DNA of 64,000 nucleotides. Source: the human T2T-CHM13v2.0 reference genome, Homo sapiens. Of this stretch, positions 26,963-41,282 are shown piece after piece. How positions within the stretch are numbered: the first letter of the stretch is position 1; the number at the start of each line of letters is the position of its first letter. The stretch lies in assembly GCF_009914755.1 (NCBI RefSeq), contig NC_060925.1. The stretch is one strand, 5' to 3'. A program made the position numbers and the translations under genes. The notes under the pieces were generated by a model. The model was given only the letters and a program-made list of their open reading frames with translations, did not search any database and was not told where the DNA came from.

Positions 26963-29939
26963 AAAGCTCATCCCTAAGTTATCAATATATCACTCAACAG
27001 CAAGAACAGATCTAAGAAAAGCACAGTGCCTTTTTCACTCTTGATAAAAATAAATGTGATTTTTAAATAGTTGATGTGTTTGGCTATTTCTCCCTGCCCT
27101 CCATTATTTCCTCTAGTCCAGGAAGGAAGGAAGGAATCATAATGGAGAGACAAAGATGAAAGGGAAAAAAGCATGGGGGCAGGGAAGTTAGCGGGAAATA
27201 GGGAGATGGACAGAGATAGATCACCAGAGTTCAGGATGGTGGAGAATAAGGCAAGATCTGTGCTCAGGGAGGAAAAGGGCAGCACAGCCACCTCCAGGCC
27301 CCTCAGCTGGGCCTGATGCACAGACTGGGGACAAGTTTGCCCATCTTTCTTTTCAATGAAGCCACAAAAACATCTTACACAGAGATTGTTTTCCTCTTTG
27401 CTTTTAAGAGAGGAAATCATGGTTGAATGCTATGTGACAATGGGCAGTTGCAAACCACAAGAGGCTTGACACCCCCATTCCAGGCCCCATATAGTGCTTC
27501 ACTCCCCCTTTGCCTATGTGTGGGCTTTTTTTTATCTCTAACCTTTCAGGGTGCCTGGGTTTTAAAAGGAGAGGCAGTGAGACTTGCTGAGTTGCAAGCA
27601 GCTGGGAATTTGGAATGCATCTTTGGAGATACACACTGAGCCTGGCTCAGAACTTCCAAGAAAACTCAGTGGGAGGGGAGGAAAAACAACGCAATGACAT
27701 GACGCCTTGCAGGGCCCGCCTTGGCCTTACTGAATCGCCCAGAGATTGCATTCCAGCTGCACTGAGGTGACCCAATGTTCCAGTAAACAAGGAGGGGATG
27801 GGATGGAAGGACCTCAGATCAGGCTACCCTGAGCTGTTAAAATAGAACACAGGGGGCCCAGCAAGGTGGGGCAAGGGGGCTGTGAGGCCTTTGTGCACAT
27901 CCTGGATCAGTGAGGCACACCCACGAGGCACACCGGACACACATATACACATATTCACTTCTGGTGGGACTGGGACAAATACCAAAAACCCATGTTCTAG
28001 CCTCAGAATGGTCAGAAACTGGTGACCTCTTTAAGATCCTTCCTAGGAATCTCAGAACACAAAGGGTGAAGTAAGGAGACACTGACTTAGGCCAAGCCAG
28101 GCCACTGACTAATGGTGCCATGCTCTAAGTAATCCCTTTGCCTTCCAAAAAGACAAACTGAGCCACAGCAGACGAGCACAGTCATTGAGTCCATTTCCCC
28201 ATTTGATGCCATAGCATGGAATAGTTGACTGATGATGCTATGACTCCTCGGGCTTATCCCGCCCCTCCTCCCTTGCCCCCGCACCCTCCTGTTTTCTCCT
28301 CTGTCTCCACTTCCATTTCACCAGCCACCAAATGAGCCTATGTGACAATCAGAGGGGTTTAGTAGAAATATGAGGAAGAGTGCCCTGGCTCAGACAGCGT
28401 AGCTATGGAAGTTCCTTCCCTGAGTGTCCATCTGCCTGGGCTAACTTGGGGCTTTGTAGCCCAAAGAGCATATATAGCTTGCCTCTCCCGCATAAATGTG
28501 TGAGTGATATCCTATATTCCTCTATATTCTGTATGTCTAGGTGACCCAAGACTTTATCATCCACACTGGGACGGCTCTAAGAATTAAAGGCAGTGCTCTT
28601 GAAAACAATTCCAGGACAAAGACATTAACCAGGACATAGGGCTGCCTGCATGACAAGGGGCCCATTTACCATCCTGGACGTCCCTCCCACATTTCTCGGC
28701 CCGTCCTGCTTTGCAGATGACATATTTTTACTATGTCTGATTTGTCCTTTCCCTTTACTGGTTTTAGCCTATGTTCCTTCATTTTCTTATATAACAATCA
28801 CATTCAGGCAGTTACCGCTTCTCTATTTTGAAGTGAAAAAAGGTGAGTTTTGAAAATTCCCTATGTAAAAAGTTGTAAGACCCCTTCATTAAGGCTCTGA
28901 GGGGTGTGTTCCAGCAGCCTCCATGAGCTGCTTTTCAATTCCAGAGATTGGCTACCTTCTGAACATTAGTGTCCAGTGGGTATTGTTGGTGTTACTCACC
29001 AAATAGTCACATTCCAGTTTCTGGAGAAGCAAAACAGTGTGAAAAATGGTGATCCTTGCTTGAGTACTCAAAGCAGGGAAAAGGCTTTTCTCATGCTATT
29101 TCCTTAACACTCGTGGTAACAGGACCTGCTTCCTCTCTGTCTCTCCAAAGTGCTTAAAGTGTCGTGCATGTTTTCCATGTTTACAGCCACCCTACAAGGT
29201 TCCAGTCATCCTCATTTTACTGACTGACACTCTAAGTTGAAGCCAGAAAGCGGGGATAGCCAAGTCTTATCCAAACCCAGATCTACCAGGTCCCAAAGCC
29301 CATGCTTGTGCTCCATCAGTCTGGGCATCTGCTTTGCAAACCTGGCTTGACCTTGGAATAACCAGGCATGGACCCTTGTTTATTTTTCAGAGTCTCATTT
29401 TTTTTTCACCACTGATTGTTCCTTTCCATTACAGCTGGTGATATCATACTCCAGCAAGCGTTATCTAGTAGACACCAAGACTTGAAGCAGCCTCAGAAAA
29501 GTACTGGGCATAATAGGGCTTGGGCTAGAAGTCTGGCATTTCTGTAAGTCACCTAGGCTAAAGTCCAGAGAGGCAAGACAAGTCCAGAGAGGCAAGATGG
29601 TGGGGGAATGGAGGGTGGTGCACAAAAGTTTTACTAACTTAGGGGATAAGTGGTCTCCATAAGCAAGACTGGATGCCACGCCAAGCTCTCCCAGGCAAAG
29701 CTCCTTCCAGGGCAGGACTCCATGTGTGGAAGTAAGTAGCACATTTGCCTATGGTTGGGAGTAAAGTCTAATAAGAGAGACTAGAACAGGGCTTTAATTA
29801 CCTGTTCTAAGCACCTCTGCTTATCTCAACTGATTTACCTCTGACCACTCTGCCAGGTGACCACTCTGTAAGGTATTTCTCTGGCCTTAAATGACCATCT
29901 CTTACAATACCTGCCCTCCATCCTTTCCCCACCTTCCTT

Positions 29940-30170
29940 ACAAATATAAAGTGGTGGACACAGGAGCGTGGACTTAAAAAGTCAGACATTCCTGGGTTTA
30001 CTTATTAACTGTGTGACTTTGGGTATGCTTCTGAACTTCTCTGAGCCTTGGTCTCCTCCTCTATAAAAAGGAGGATAATAATCAGGCCCTCACAGACTTG
30101 TTAGAATAATTAAAATAAAGCTATAATTTGTCTCATATAGAGTGGGCACTAAATAAATATTTATTGTTGA
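29940..30170 (+). mobile_element. MIR SINE
   Basis: ctgtgtgactttggg...acttctctgagcct. Confidence 0.75.
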
Positions 30171-32079
30171 TTTACTTGCTGCTGTTGCTTGAGATTGGTG
30201 TGAGCTCTCCCTCCAGAGTCCACTAGCCCTAGATCAATAGAAAGAGAGCATTTTAGGGAAAGGGACCTTAGCATTCATCTAGTCCACCTTCATTTGTGAA
30301 GAAACCCCAGGTTCAGAGATACTTAATTGCCTTCTCCACGATTATATGCCTTACTAGTTCCAACCTTCAAATAAGGATGTTAGTTCGTTGGAGTGTTAGA
30401 AAAGAGCTCTGGCTTTGGAATCAGGCCTATGTGAATTTGAATTCCACTTGCCAGCTTGGTGACATCAGACAAGTTAAAGTTACTTGACCTGTTTCTGCTT
30501 CACTTTCTCATGTGCAGCCTTGGGATGATAGAGCTAGCCTCGCAGGATGGTGGGGGGGGGGGCTAAGTGGGATACTGCACACCAGGTGCCCAAGGGCATC
30601 TGTCACTTGCTGGTGCTCCTGCTGGTTTCCTTGTGTCATTAAAACCTTTCAGGGCCACTTAGAACAGGAAAAGCCCAGTAGAAAGAAATAAGTAGAGCTT
30701 AAAAACCATAATGGGCTTTGCCTAAATGTTGAAATAGGGACATTTAGGAATAACTTTTGCTTACCAATCCCCAAATGCCAAATTTAAAGCAGAGTTTGGT
30801 AGACTGATCAGTGAAGAATTCCTAGTGGCAGGGCCAAGAGCAAAGATTGGGAGATCATCTGCAGGCTAAGCTAAAGTGAGGGAGACTGGGGTGTGGGGAG
30901 TCAGGGAAGAGGATCCTGAGGGTTTGCAACTCATCTTTATAATATCTTCTAAAACAATTTTGAAAGCCCTCCTGGTTTCCAGGCACAGATTATATTTTGA
31001 ATTAGCAACACAAAGTGAGAGGTGGCTGAAAGATGGGTGGCCATTCTTCAGATGCAGCCCCTGCAGTGGTTTTGAAATGAAAAGCATGGGCATATTTTGC
31101 CATATAAAGTGAGTTCTGATGGGTGGATTTTTTCCAAGATGAATATGGACAAGGGCACTGAGATGCTTTGCAGCAGGCTCAGCCCCTGAATGATCCAATT
31201 ACAGGTTTTGAAATGGACCTAGAGGCAGAATTTAGAAACCCAAACTGGAAAGGCAGAAGTAATTTTGCAACTAGACAAATGACTGATTCCAAAAAGTCCT
31301 CTGAGGATAAGAGGGTTTGGAAAATGCCATGTAGGCAATTTTCAAATGTCACATGGGAGCCAGGATTGACTTTTCTAGGGATAATTAGGGTGATTCTAGG
31401 GGTAATTAGGGTGAGGTTGATTGGGGTCTGAGAGAGGACTACTGTATTGCGCTTGCAATTCACTCAGATACCTGGGCAACCTCTGCAATGGAAAGTAATG
31501 ACAAGTACCATCAGCAGAAGCAGAACTGTGGCCCAATGTAACAAACATAAACAATAGAGAAATTGTACAAAAGTGTGATATTCTTAAGGACTGGATCTAG
31601 TTTTTTGTGACCTTGTATTCCCAGTGCCTGGTGGAGGGTATGCATTCTAAAAAATATTTAATTAGTAAATTAATGGCTTAGGTTGTCTTTTAAGACAAAA
31701 AGTTCTCCAGGATAGAAAGTATTCAAGCAGACAGTATTCAAGTATTGGCAGCAACTATATAGAGGTTTTCACGAATTTTTTAAATGTGCCTGATAATTAC
31801 TGGCATTCTTAGCAACCCTAAGACTCTGGCTGTTTATCACAGTGCACTAACTCTCAGAGATAATCGGATCTGAGCTGAACACTGGGGTCATGATGCAAGG
31901 GACTAAGGGAAACAAACCAAAGATTTGTGAAGGAGGACTAACCAGTCTAACCTTCTATTTTCTCATTGAGTCTGTGGTCTGAAATACTTTATTTAGGCAA
32001 AATTAGATATGCACCCTCACTACCCCATAGGTACAGATCATTTCTGAATTTTCTGTCTGCCCTCTCATGTCCACTAAGG

Positions 32080-32450
32080 CTAAGGCTGCTGACTGATCAC
32101 AAACTCATTCCCTCTTCTTCCTGGGCAAACACATATTTGACATCTTCTAGTCTTCCTTGAGTTAAATGTGGTCACATGCCTGAGTCTGAGTTCTGACCAG
32201 TGGAATCTGAGCAGAAGTGATGTGTGCCACTTCCAGGCTTCTGATAAAAGCCTCCCACTTGCAATCTCACATGCTCTTTCCCCATCTGCTTGTGGGATGA
32301 CAATGCTGGCAGCCATGTGTTGAAGATGGCAGAGCTATGGCTCCCTGAATTCCCCCATCCTTCCCATGCATTAGACTGGTGGGTGAGACAGAAACAAACT
32401 TTTATTGTGTTATGCTGTTACAGCAGCTCACATACCTTAACTAACATATT
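32080..32450 (+). mobile_element. Old MLT1 (H/I/J-like) LTR
   Basis: gcagaagtgatgtgtgccacttccagg...aagatggcagagc. Confidence 0.7.
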
Positions 32451-33489
32451 ACCTGTCTTTGTCTTCTTTTTTTTTCTTTGTGATTTCCTCTCTGAAGTTA
32501 TAAAGAACTGAGAGGTGGGTGAGGATGCGACCATGGTCAGAAGCGATTGTTGAATGGTGAAGATGGGCCTCTCTCAAGTGGCTTTACTCTCTTTCCTCTG
32601 CCTGGGATGTTGGTTTGGGTGTCTCCCTCCTAATGCAGAAGTATATGTAAGGGAGCCGAAGCTTCGTAACAGATGAGCACCTGTGGAGGTGTCAGGCCCT
32701 CTCTTCCCTGCTGCAAGTTTCACTTGTCATCTCCTAGCTTTCTGGGCACCAGCTCCTCCACTCTTTTTCACAGCTTGTGGAAGGTGGGGAAGGAAGGCAG
32801 GGATGCCCTCTTTGGGCTACAACCATGAGACTAAAGGCCTTGGTTTTTCTAACCTCTTTTATCCTTCTCCTCTTTTGTGATTCTCCAGCAACCTCAGACA
32901 CAGAAATGATAACACAAGGAATCTCAGGTATAGGCTACAATAAGAAAGAAAATTCTAGGCATCTGGCTTAGTTGGAGTATTGCTTTGGCTACTTTAATTT
33001 TCCCTCAGTCTTGTTTAAAGTTTTTTGATTCTGGATTCTTTCTGTTAAGGGGCCAAAGTTCATTGTTTCCTTGCATAGTCTTCTTTTTTCTTAATTAAAA
33101 AAAAATTTAACTGGATAGTAGGTAGGGACAGTGGGAATCTTGTTTATCCATTCATTTTATTTTTATTTAATTTTTTTCCTTCCTTGCATAATCTTTTATG
33201 TTGTCCTGCCTCCTAAGTCTACAGAAGACCCTAAGAGTCTGTTTTCTCTTCCTTTGTTGACCATGACTTCCCTTCCGTACAAAACCAAGGCTCTTCCTTT
33301 CCCTGAGATGTGGAGTAAGCTAATTGCTCCATTTGCCCTATATTTTGCCCAAACTATTAAACAGGCAGATTCTAAATGATCTTGATTCCATTTACAGTAC
33401 TGATATTCTGCTCTAAATTTTTGGACATCTCCCTAATTGACGCTTCTTGGGAAGCCCATTCTAGCAGGGCCTGTTACACATCCCCTAAT

Positions 33490-33820
33490 ATCTGTCTTCC
33501 TCCTACTCCTCAGCAGTAGGAGCCCCATGGCTAATTAGAACAAAAACTACATATGATAGATCCCCTTGCAGACAGGTGTGGCCATAAGACTAAGTTCTCA
33601 TCAATGGAGTGTAAGTAGATGGCTGGCCACCATCTTGGATCATGATACAAACTTGGCAATGGAAGCCATGCTGGACAGAGTAACAAGATAGAAGAAACTT
33701 GGGTCCCTGACCCTCCCTTTTAGCCAATCTCTAGACTTTCATGTGAAAGAAAAATAAGCCTCAAACTTGCTTGTCCCTGTTATTTAGAGTTTCCTGTCAC
33801 TTATAGTTAAATTAATTCTA
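33490..33820 (+). mobile_element. Old MLT1 (J/K-like) LTR
   Basis: ggtgtggccataagactaagttct...ccatcttggatcatga...ggtccctga. Confidence 0.65.
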
Positions 33821-34688
33821 TTCTACTACTCTACTTGCTGATCCCACCTTCCTTCCTTCTTCCCTCCCATTTTTTTCTCCTTCCATCCCTTCTTTCTCTC
33901 TTCTTTTTTAAAGTAATATTGCATTAACTCAGCAGGGATCTTAGTTGTTATCTCACTCAGGCCCCTCACTTCAAAATGAGGAAATTGAGGATGCCAGAGA
34001 GGGGAAGTGACTAAGGTGATGAGGCCTGAACCAAAGACTCAAACCCAGACCTCCTGACTCTCTGGCCCTGTGCTTTTACTACGCCACCTGCCCTGGCTCT
34101 TCTTGGCACACAACATCTCCCACAAGGATACAGCATTTTTGGTCCTCCTTTCTTCAGGTCAACTTAAAACCCTAATGAAATAATATTTACTTTTTCAGCC
34201 TTGGTGGATGAAGAAGTAGGAAGACCTTAGGTTAAACTACTTTTTCCCTTTAGTGTAAAAACTGATTACAGGCCATTACCAGGCTTCTATCCCTTTTGGT
34301 CACTTATTCCCCTCAGAAGACACTGCTCTTGAGGGTGGCCTCAGGTCTAGAGGCTCTAGGGAGCATTCAGGTGTCAGCCCATAGCTGCCCTAAGGGAGAA
34401 AGGGCAGGTGGCTACTGCTAACTGTTCCTGGCATGGGTGGCACCCAGATGATGCAGGTTTTTGCTGACTGGGTCCTGACTCTACCCAGCCCTCCAAGACA
34501 GCTCAACCCCTCCTCTGAGCTAAGAAGATGCTGCCCTGGATCATGCACCTGGGTTCCCATATGTCCTCTCTGCAGAGAGTGAGCACCCCTTCCCACTGTC
34601 CATGGAAGAAGATGTTTCTTCGTGACGGCATGGTAGAGGGAGTGCCGGAAAGGAAAGAATGTCTGCTATACAGTTTGTCTTAAACTAA

Positions 34689-35088
<400 letters not shown>

Positions 35089-35428
35089 TCATTCAGGAAA
35101 TGCTAAATTCCTGTCACCTGAGCATTCGGCATCAAGCAGAAAAAACAGGTTTCTGAAATCCTGGAACTTGTCTTTCACTGGTAAGCTATAATTACTCAAA
35201 TAAATGCCATAATTGAAAACAGAGGTAGACACTGCAAAGAAAAAGTGCAGGGCACAGTAACAGAGCATAATTAGAGAAACTAACTTGGGATTGGAGCAAG
35301 TTAGGAAGGAACATTTAACTTGAGACATAGAAGACAAGAAAGAACTATCCAGATGTTGAACATTTCAGACAGCAGGAACAGCTGAGGTAAAAGCCTCATG
35401 GTGGAAAAGCAGATAAGAAAGTCTAGTA

Positions 35429-35767
35429 CAGGCTGATTATCCCTTGTCCAAAATATTTGGGACCAGAAGTGTTTCAAATTTAGGGTTTTTTTTTGAATTT
35501 TGGAATATCTGCATATCCATAGTAAGTCTAAACACAAAATTCATTTATGTTCCAAGTACACCTTATACACATAGACTGAAGGTAATTTTATACAATATTT
35601 TTAATGGTTTTGTGCATGAAACAAACTTTTGACTGTTTTGACTGCAACCCATCATATAAGGTCAAGTGTGGAATTTTCTATTTATGATGTCATGTCAGCA
35701 TTCAAAATGTTTTGAATTTTGAAGAATTTTGGATTTTGGATTTTAAGGTTAAGGATCCTCGACCTAT
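35429..35767. mobile_element. MER46-like Tigger-derived MITE
   Basis: caggctgattatccctt...gggaccagaagtgtttc...ttggatttt...gatcctcgacct. Confidence 0.75.
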
Positions 35768-35939
35768 CTAGCAAAGGCGGGTGGCTGGAGACTGAGGCAG
35801 AGCCAGACCACATAGGCCTAACGGATCATGTTGAAGACTTTAGATTTCACTTAAGAGTGAGGTAAGGATATGAAATATATATCTATCTATATATATATAC
35901 ACACACACACACTCACACACACACACACACACACACATA

Positions 35940-36227
35940 TTTCTTTTTGAGACAGAGTCTCAATCTGTGCCCAGGTGTGGTACAATGGTATGATATTGGC
36001 TCACTGCAACCTCTGCTTCCCGGGTTCAAGCGATTATTGTGCCTCAGCCTCCCAAGCAGCTTGTATTACAGGCATGCGCCATCATACCTGGCTAATTTTT
36101 GTATTTTTAACAGAGATGGGGCTTTATCATGTTTGCCAGGCTGGTCTCGAACTCCTGGACTCAAGTGATCCACTCACCTCCACTTCCCCAAGTGCTGGGA
36201 TTATAGGCATGAGCCACCACGTCTGGC
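35940..36227 (-). mobile_element. Alu (J/old S); adjacent (TA)n(CA)n at 35875-35939
   Basis: Reverse dimeric Alu. Confidence 0.92.
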
Positions 36228-36605
36228 ATGAAAGATTTTTGACTACAGAGTGACCCGTTGTGATTTATATTGTAAAAGATGCCTCAGAACCAAGTGTTTC
36301 TGGAGAGGTGCCCCCCAGTTAACACAATGAGGCAACCAATCAATCAAAACATCCTTTAAAAATATTTCACAAGTCTAGCTAATAGGAAGAATGCATCCCT
36401 CCCATTCACTGGTCATGAATTAAGCTGTAAAATAATTCAATGTAGGTTCCCAGAGAGAGCTGCAAAATTTGCATTCTAACTCCACTGCCAAAATCAGCAA
36501 GGCAGGAACAGTCTTTTAGAAGTATCAGGTCCCAATTGTAAGTGGACAGCCCAAGTGCATATGCAGACAGCATGGTTTTATTACACTAACCAGGAAAAAG
36601 AGCTA

Positions 36606-37947
36606 AACACTAACTACAACAAAACAAAAATTATTGTCCTTGCATGGGACAGCCTCCAAGATTTAATTGGTTGATATCCAATAACTCTTTATGGTAGATG
36701 AATCATACAATTTCCTGAGAGTTCATTTAAGTCTAATTCATTATAGTGGCCCATGAGGAAGCCATGCTACTTGGAAGTAGACATTCCACACAAGTCTTAC
36801 AAATGTTTTTCCCAAGCTGTGATGGCTCAACTTGAAATATTCATGCCATTCTAGCCCAGCAAATTTTGGAGTTTTCATTAAGCATAGATCCTAGCGGGTC
36901 ACCTGTATTTAGAAGAAGCATGACTTCCTTCCTCATCAGATTATTGGTAGGCTCCTTTATTGCTATAACACATGTCCTTCCACCCACTTATCTAGTTTCC
37001 CAAGCATATGCATTTGTCTTTAATTAGCAAAATAGAACAGCTTCCTGGAAGTCTAACTTCAACTCTCAAGTCATACCAAAAATCTAGCTGAACTTATTAT
37101 ATTTATTAAGCATTTAGTTAAGAGTCTGAGAAACATGATATCTATCTATACCTCTAAATATTTTAATTTTTATTGTCAGATTAGCCTGGAATACCAAATA
37201 CCTGTAAACTTGAACCTCATCACCTTACCATCTCAAATAAATGCCTTTACTATATTTATGTTTTTGTGGAGGGGGTTGGCTTTTATCAAAAATTGTCATG
37301 AGAATTCAACTTTTTTGTCCACTCTGAGATTGATATAGAGAACCTTATATCACTTAATACCTCCTCCTCTTAGATAATGAGAATTATTCTATATCAATCC
37401 TTCTGTCTCTTTTTCTTTCTTCCTTTTTGTTTCTTTTCCCTTTCTTAATCTTTTTCTATGACAACCATAGTCTTGGTCAAGTTTTATATTTAATCCCAGC
37501 TACTGCTTTGCCTCTTATGGTGGCTGGAAATTAGTTTTCTCTTTCTTAATTGTACATCCCCATTTAAAATCTTTATTTCATTAATCTGAATGTTTCCAGT
37601 TCATGAAAAAAGTCATTTAAAAACAGGATGCAAACAAATTAAACTAAATATGTTTTTCTTATGTTCTGAAGTATTTATCTGCTTTGGATGGATGGTGAGT
37701 TGTGAGCACATACCAGCCAACAGAAGGTTAGGATAAAAGATTTGATCTACAACACTAACACAACAAAACAAAAATGATTGTCCTTGGATGGAATAGACTC
37801 CAAAATTTAATTGGTTGATATTCAGTAACTCCTTATGGTGGATGAATCCTACCTTTTCCTGAGAGTTCATTTATGACTAATTCCTTCCAGTGACCCATGA
37901 GAAAGCCATACTATTTGGAAGCAGACATTCCATTCAAGTCTTACAAA
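36606..37947 (+). repeat. Diverged ~198-bp direct duplication (36606-36803 and 37751-37947)
   Basis: Manual alignment: about 25 mismatches and 1 indel (~87% identity). Confidence 0.9.
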
Positions 37948-38393
37948 CATTGTATGAGTCCAGCTAACGGAATTCAGAATGATTCGGAGAAGCGCTTTTT
38001 ATTAACCTACTTAAGACAGGCAGTGTTCTCTCTTCTTCATAGATTTACCTTTGAGGACAGGCACTGGTAAGAGCATTGAAAGAGGAGTCAGGTTACACAG
38101 GTTCTAATAGCTGGCCTCTAAATAGCTATTGATCATGGGTAAGTTCTTCCACCTTTCTGGGACTCATTTTCCTCATCTGTAGAAAAACTCAGACTAGAGA
38201 AATACGAGGCTGCTTCCAGGTCTACCATCTTATGGTTCTCTAACTTATTCTATAAAAGGTATAGAAGAATGGTTCCTGATCTCAAGAAGTTTAGATTTCT
38301 TCAAAGGAGGTAAAATAGCAGCCATGTCCCATTTCTGAAGAATCACAAATGTACAAGTAGATCTGCATATTGAAAGTTGAAGTTTATCAGTCA

Positions 38394-38654
<261 letters not shown>

Positions 38655-38972
38655 TCATGAATTAATCACCCTCAGCATTTTTAGATTCAAACAAACAAAA
38701 AAACTTCTGTTATTCCTCCTACTGGGTGTGAACTTTCTTGCTAGGAGCATTGTGTCCTGTACACATAGGACAAGGAAGGGCAGGACTGGACAAATATTGA
38801 TCTGAGTGCTAGTTGAGATGAGCTGTAAAAAGGATTACTCAGAATGGAAATATGTAGTTTGAAAAGTGTAAGGGGAACACACTCATACACTGATCATAGA
38901 ATTTTAACTCCATATAAACTTATGAAAGGAAGGAGAGCAGTAAACAGCAAAAACCTTAAAAATGTGTGTTAT

Positions 38973-39110
38973 GGGCCAGGCGCGGTGGCTCATGCCTGTA
39001 ACCCCAGCACTTTGGGAGGCCGAGGTGGGCGGATCACCTTACGTCAGGAGTTCAAGACCAGCCTGGTCAACATGGTGAAACCCCGTCTCTACTAAAAATA
39101 CAAAAATTAG
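38973..39110 (+). mobile_element. AluS left arm (host of the L1; resumes 46032-46083)
   Basis: Ends at linker aaaaatacaaaaattag; right arm ccgggcgtggtggc resumes after the L1. Confidence 0.93.
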
Positions 39111-39506
39111 GACTGGGCTGGCAAGATGGAAGAATACGAACAGCTCTGGTATGCAGCTCCCAGTGAGATCAATGCAGAAGGCGGGTGATTTCTGCATTTC
39201 CAACTGAGGTACCTGGCTCATCTCATTCGGACTGGTTAGGCAGTGGGTGCAGCCCACGGAAGGCAAAAAGAAGCAAGGTGGGGCATCACCTCACCTGGGA
39301 AGTGCAAGGGTTTGGGGAACTCTCTCCCCTAGCCAAGGGAAGCCATGAGGGACTGTGCCCTGAGGAATGGTACATTCCAGCCCAGATACTATGCTTCTCC
39401 TATGGTCTTTGCAATCCGCAGACCAGGAGATTCCCTTGGGTGCCTACGCCATCAGGGCCCTGGGTTTCAAGCACAAAACTGGGCAGCTGTTTGGGCAGAC
39501 ACCAAG

Positions 39507-39761
39507 CTAGCTGCAGGAGTTGTTTTTTTGTTTTTGTTTTTGTTTTTCACACTCCAGTGGCACCTGGAATGCCAGTGAGCACTGTTCACTCCCCTGGAAA
39601 GGGGTCTGAAGCCAGGAAGCCAAGTGGTCTAGCTCAGCGGATCCCACTCCCATGGAGCCCAGCAAGCTAAGATCCACTGACTTGAAATTCTCACTGCCAG
39701 CACAGCAGTCTAAAGTCGACCTGGGATGCTCCAGTTTGCTGGAGGAAGGGGCGTCCACCAT
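39507..39761 (-). other. ORF0-like antisense open frame (84 codons) in the L1 5'UTR
   Basis: MVDAP...DCCA...SMGVGSAE resembles L1HS ORF0 (MAGAP...DCCA...SVGVGPSE, from memory); start context gtaATGG. Confidence 0.55.
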
Positions 39762-41282
39762 TACTGAGGCTTGAATAGGCGGTTTTCCCCTCACGGTTTA
39801 AACAAAGATGCTGGGAAGTTTGAGCTGGGTGGACCCCACTGCAGCTCAGCAAAGTCACTGTAGCCAGACTGCCTCTAGATTCCTCCTTTCTGGACAGGGC
39901 ATCTTGAAAAAAAAGGCAGCAGCCCCAGTCAGGGGCTTATAGATAAAACCCCCATCTCCCTGGGACAGAGCACCTTGGGGAAGGGGTAACTGTGGGAGCA
40001 GCTTCAGCAGGCTTAACTGTCCCTGCCTGCTGGCTCTGAAGACAGCAGCGGATCTCCCAGCACAGCATTCGAGCTCTATTAAGGGACAGACTGCCACCTC
40101 AAGTGGGACCTGGACCCCCGTGCCTCCTGACTGGGACACATCCCAGCAGGGGTCAACAGACACCTCATACAGGAGAGCTCTGGCTGGCGTTTGGGGGGTA
40201 CCCCTCTGGGATGAAGCTTCTAGAGGAAGGAACAGGCAGCAATCTTTGCTGTTCTGCAGCCTCCGCTGGTGATACCCAGGCAAACAGGATCTGGAGTGGA
40301 TCTCCAGCAAACTCCAGTGGACCTGTAGCAGAGGGGTCCAACTATTTGAAGGAAAACTAACAAACAGAAAGGAATAGCATCAACATCAAAAAAAAGGATG
40401 TCCACTCAGAAACCCCATTCAAAGTTACCAACATCAAAGACAAAAGGTTTTTCCCCAAGAAGAAGGGGAAAAACCAGCACAAAAAGGCTGAAAATTCCAA
40501 AAACCAGAACGCCTCTTCTCCTTCAAAGGATCACAACTCCCTGCCAGCAAGGGAGCAAAACTGGACGGAGAATGAGTTTGACAAATAGACAGAAAGAGGC
40601 TTCAGAAGGTGGGTAATAACAAACTCCTCTGAGCTAAAGGAGCATGTTCTAACCCAATGCAAGGAAGCTAAGAACCTTGAAAAAAGGTTAGAGGAATTGC
40701 TAACTGGAATAACCAGTTTAGTGAAGAACATAAATAACCTGATGGAGCTGAAAACAGAGCACGAGAACTTCATGAAGCATACACAAGTATCAATAGCCAA
40801 ATCGATCAAGCAGAAGAAAGGATATCAGAGATTGAAGATCAACTTAATGAAATAAAGTATGAAGACAAGATGAGAGAAAAAAGAATGAAAAGGAACAAAC
40901 AAAACCTCTAAGAAATATGGGACTATGTGAAAAGACCAAACCTATGTTTGATTGGTGTACCTGAAAGTGACGGGGAGAACGGAACCAAGTTGGAAAATGC
41001 TCTTCAGGATAGTATCCAGGAGAACTTTCCCAACCTAGAAAGACAGGCCAACATTCAAATTCAGGAAATACAGAGAACACCACAAAGATACTCTTCAAGA
41101 AGAGCAACCCCAAGACACGTGATTGTCAGATTCACCAAGATTGAAATGAGGGAAAAATGCTAAGTGCAGCCAGAGAGAAAGGTCGGGTTACCCACAAAGG
41201 GAAGCCCATCAGACTAACAGCAGATCTCTCTACAGAAATCCCAGAAGCCAGAAGAGAGTGGGGGACAATATTCAACATTCTT

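Noticed and set aside
37613-37870. 85-aa ORF over the duplicated segment
   Set aside because: The paralogous copy has an early stop in the same frame, and substitutions are not codon-periodic
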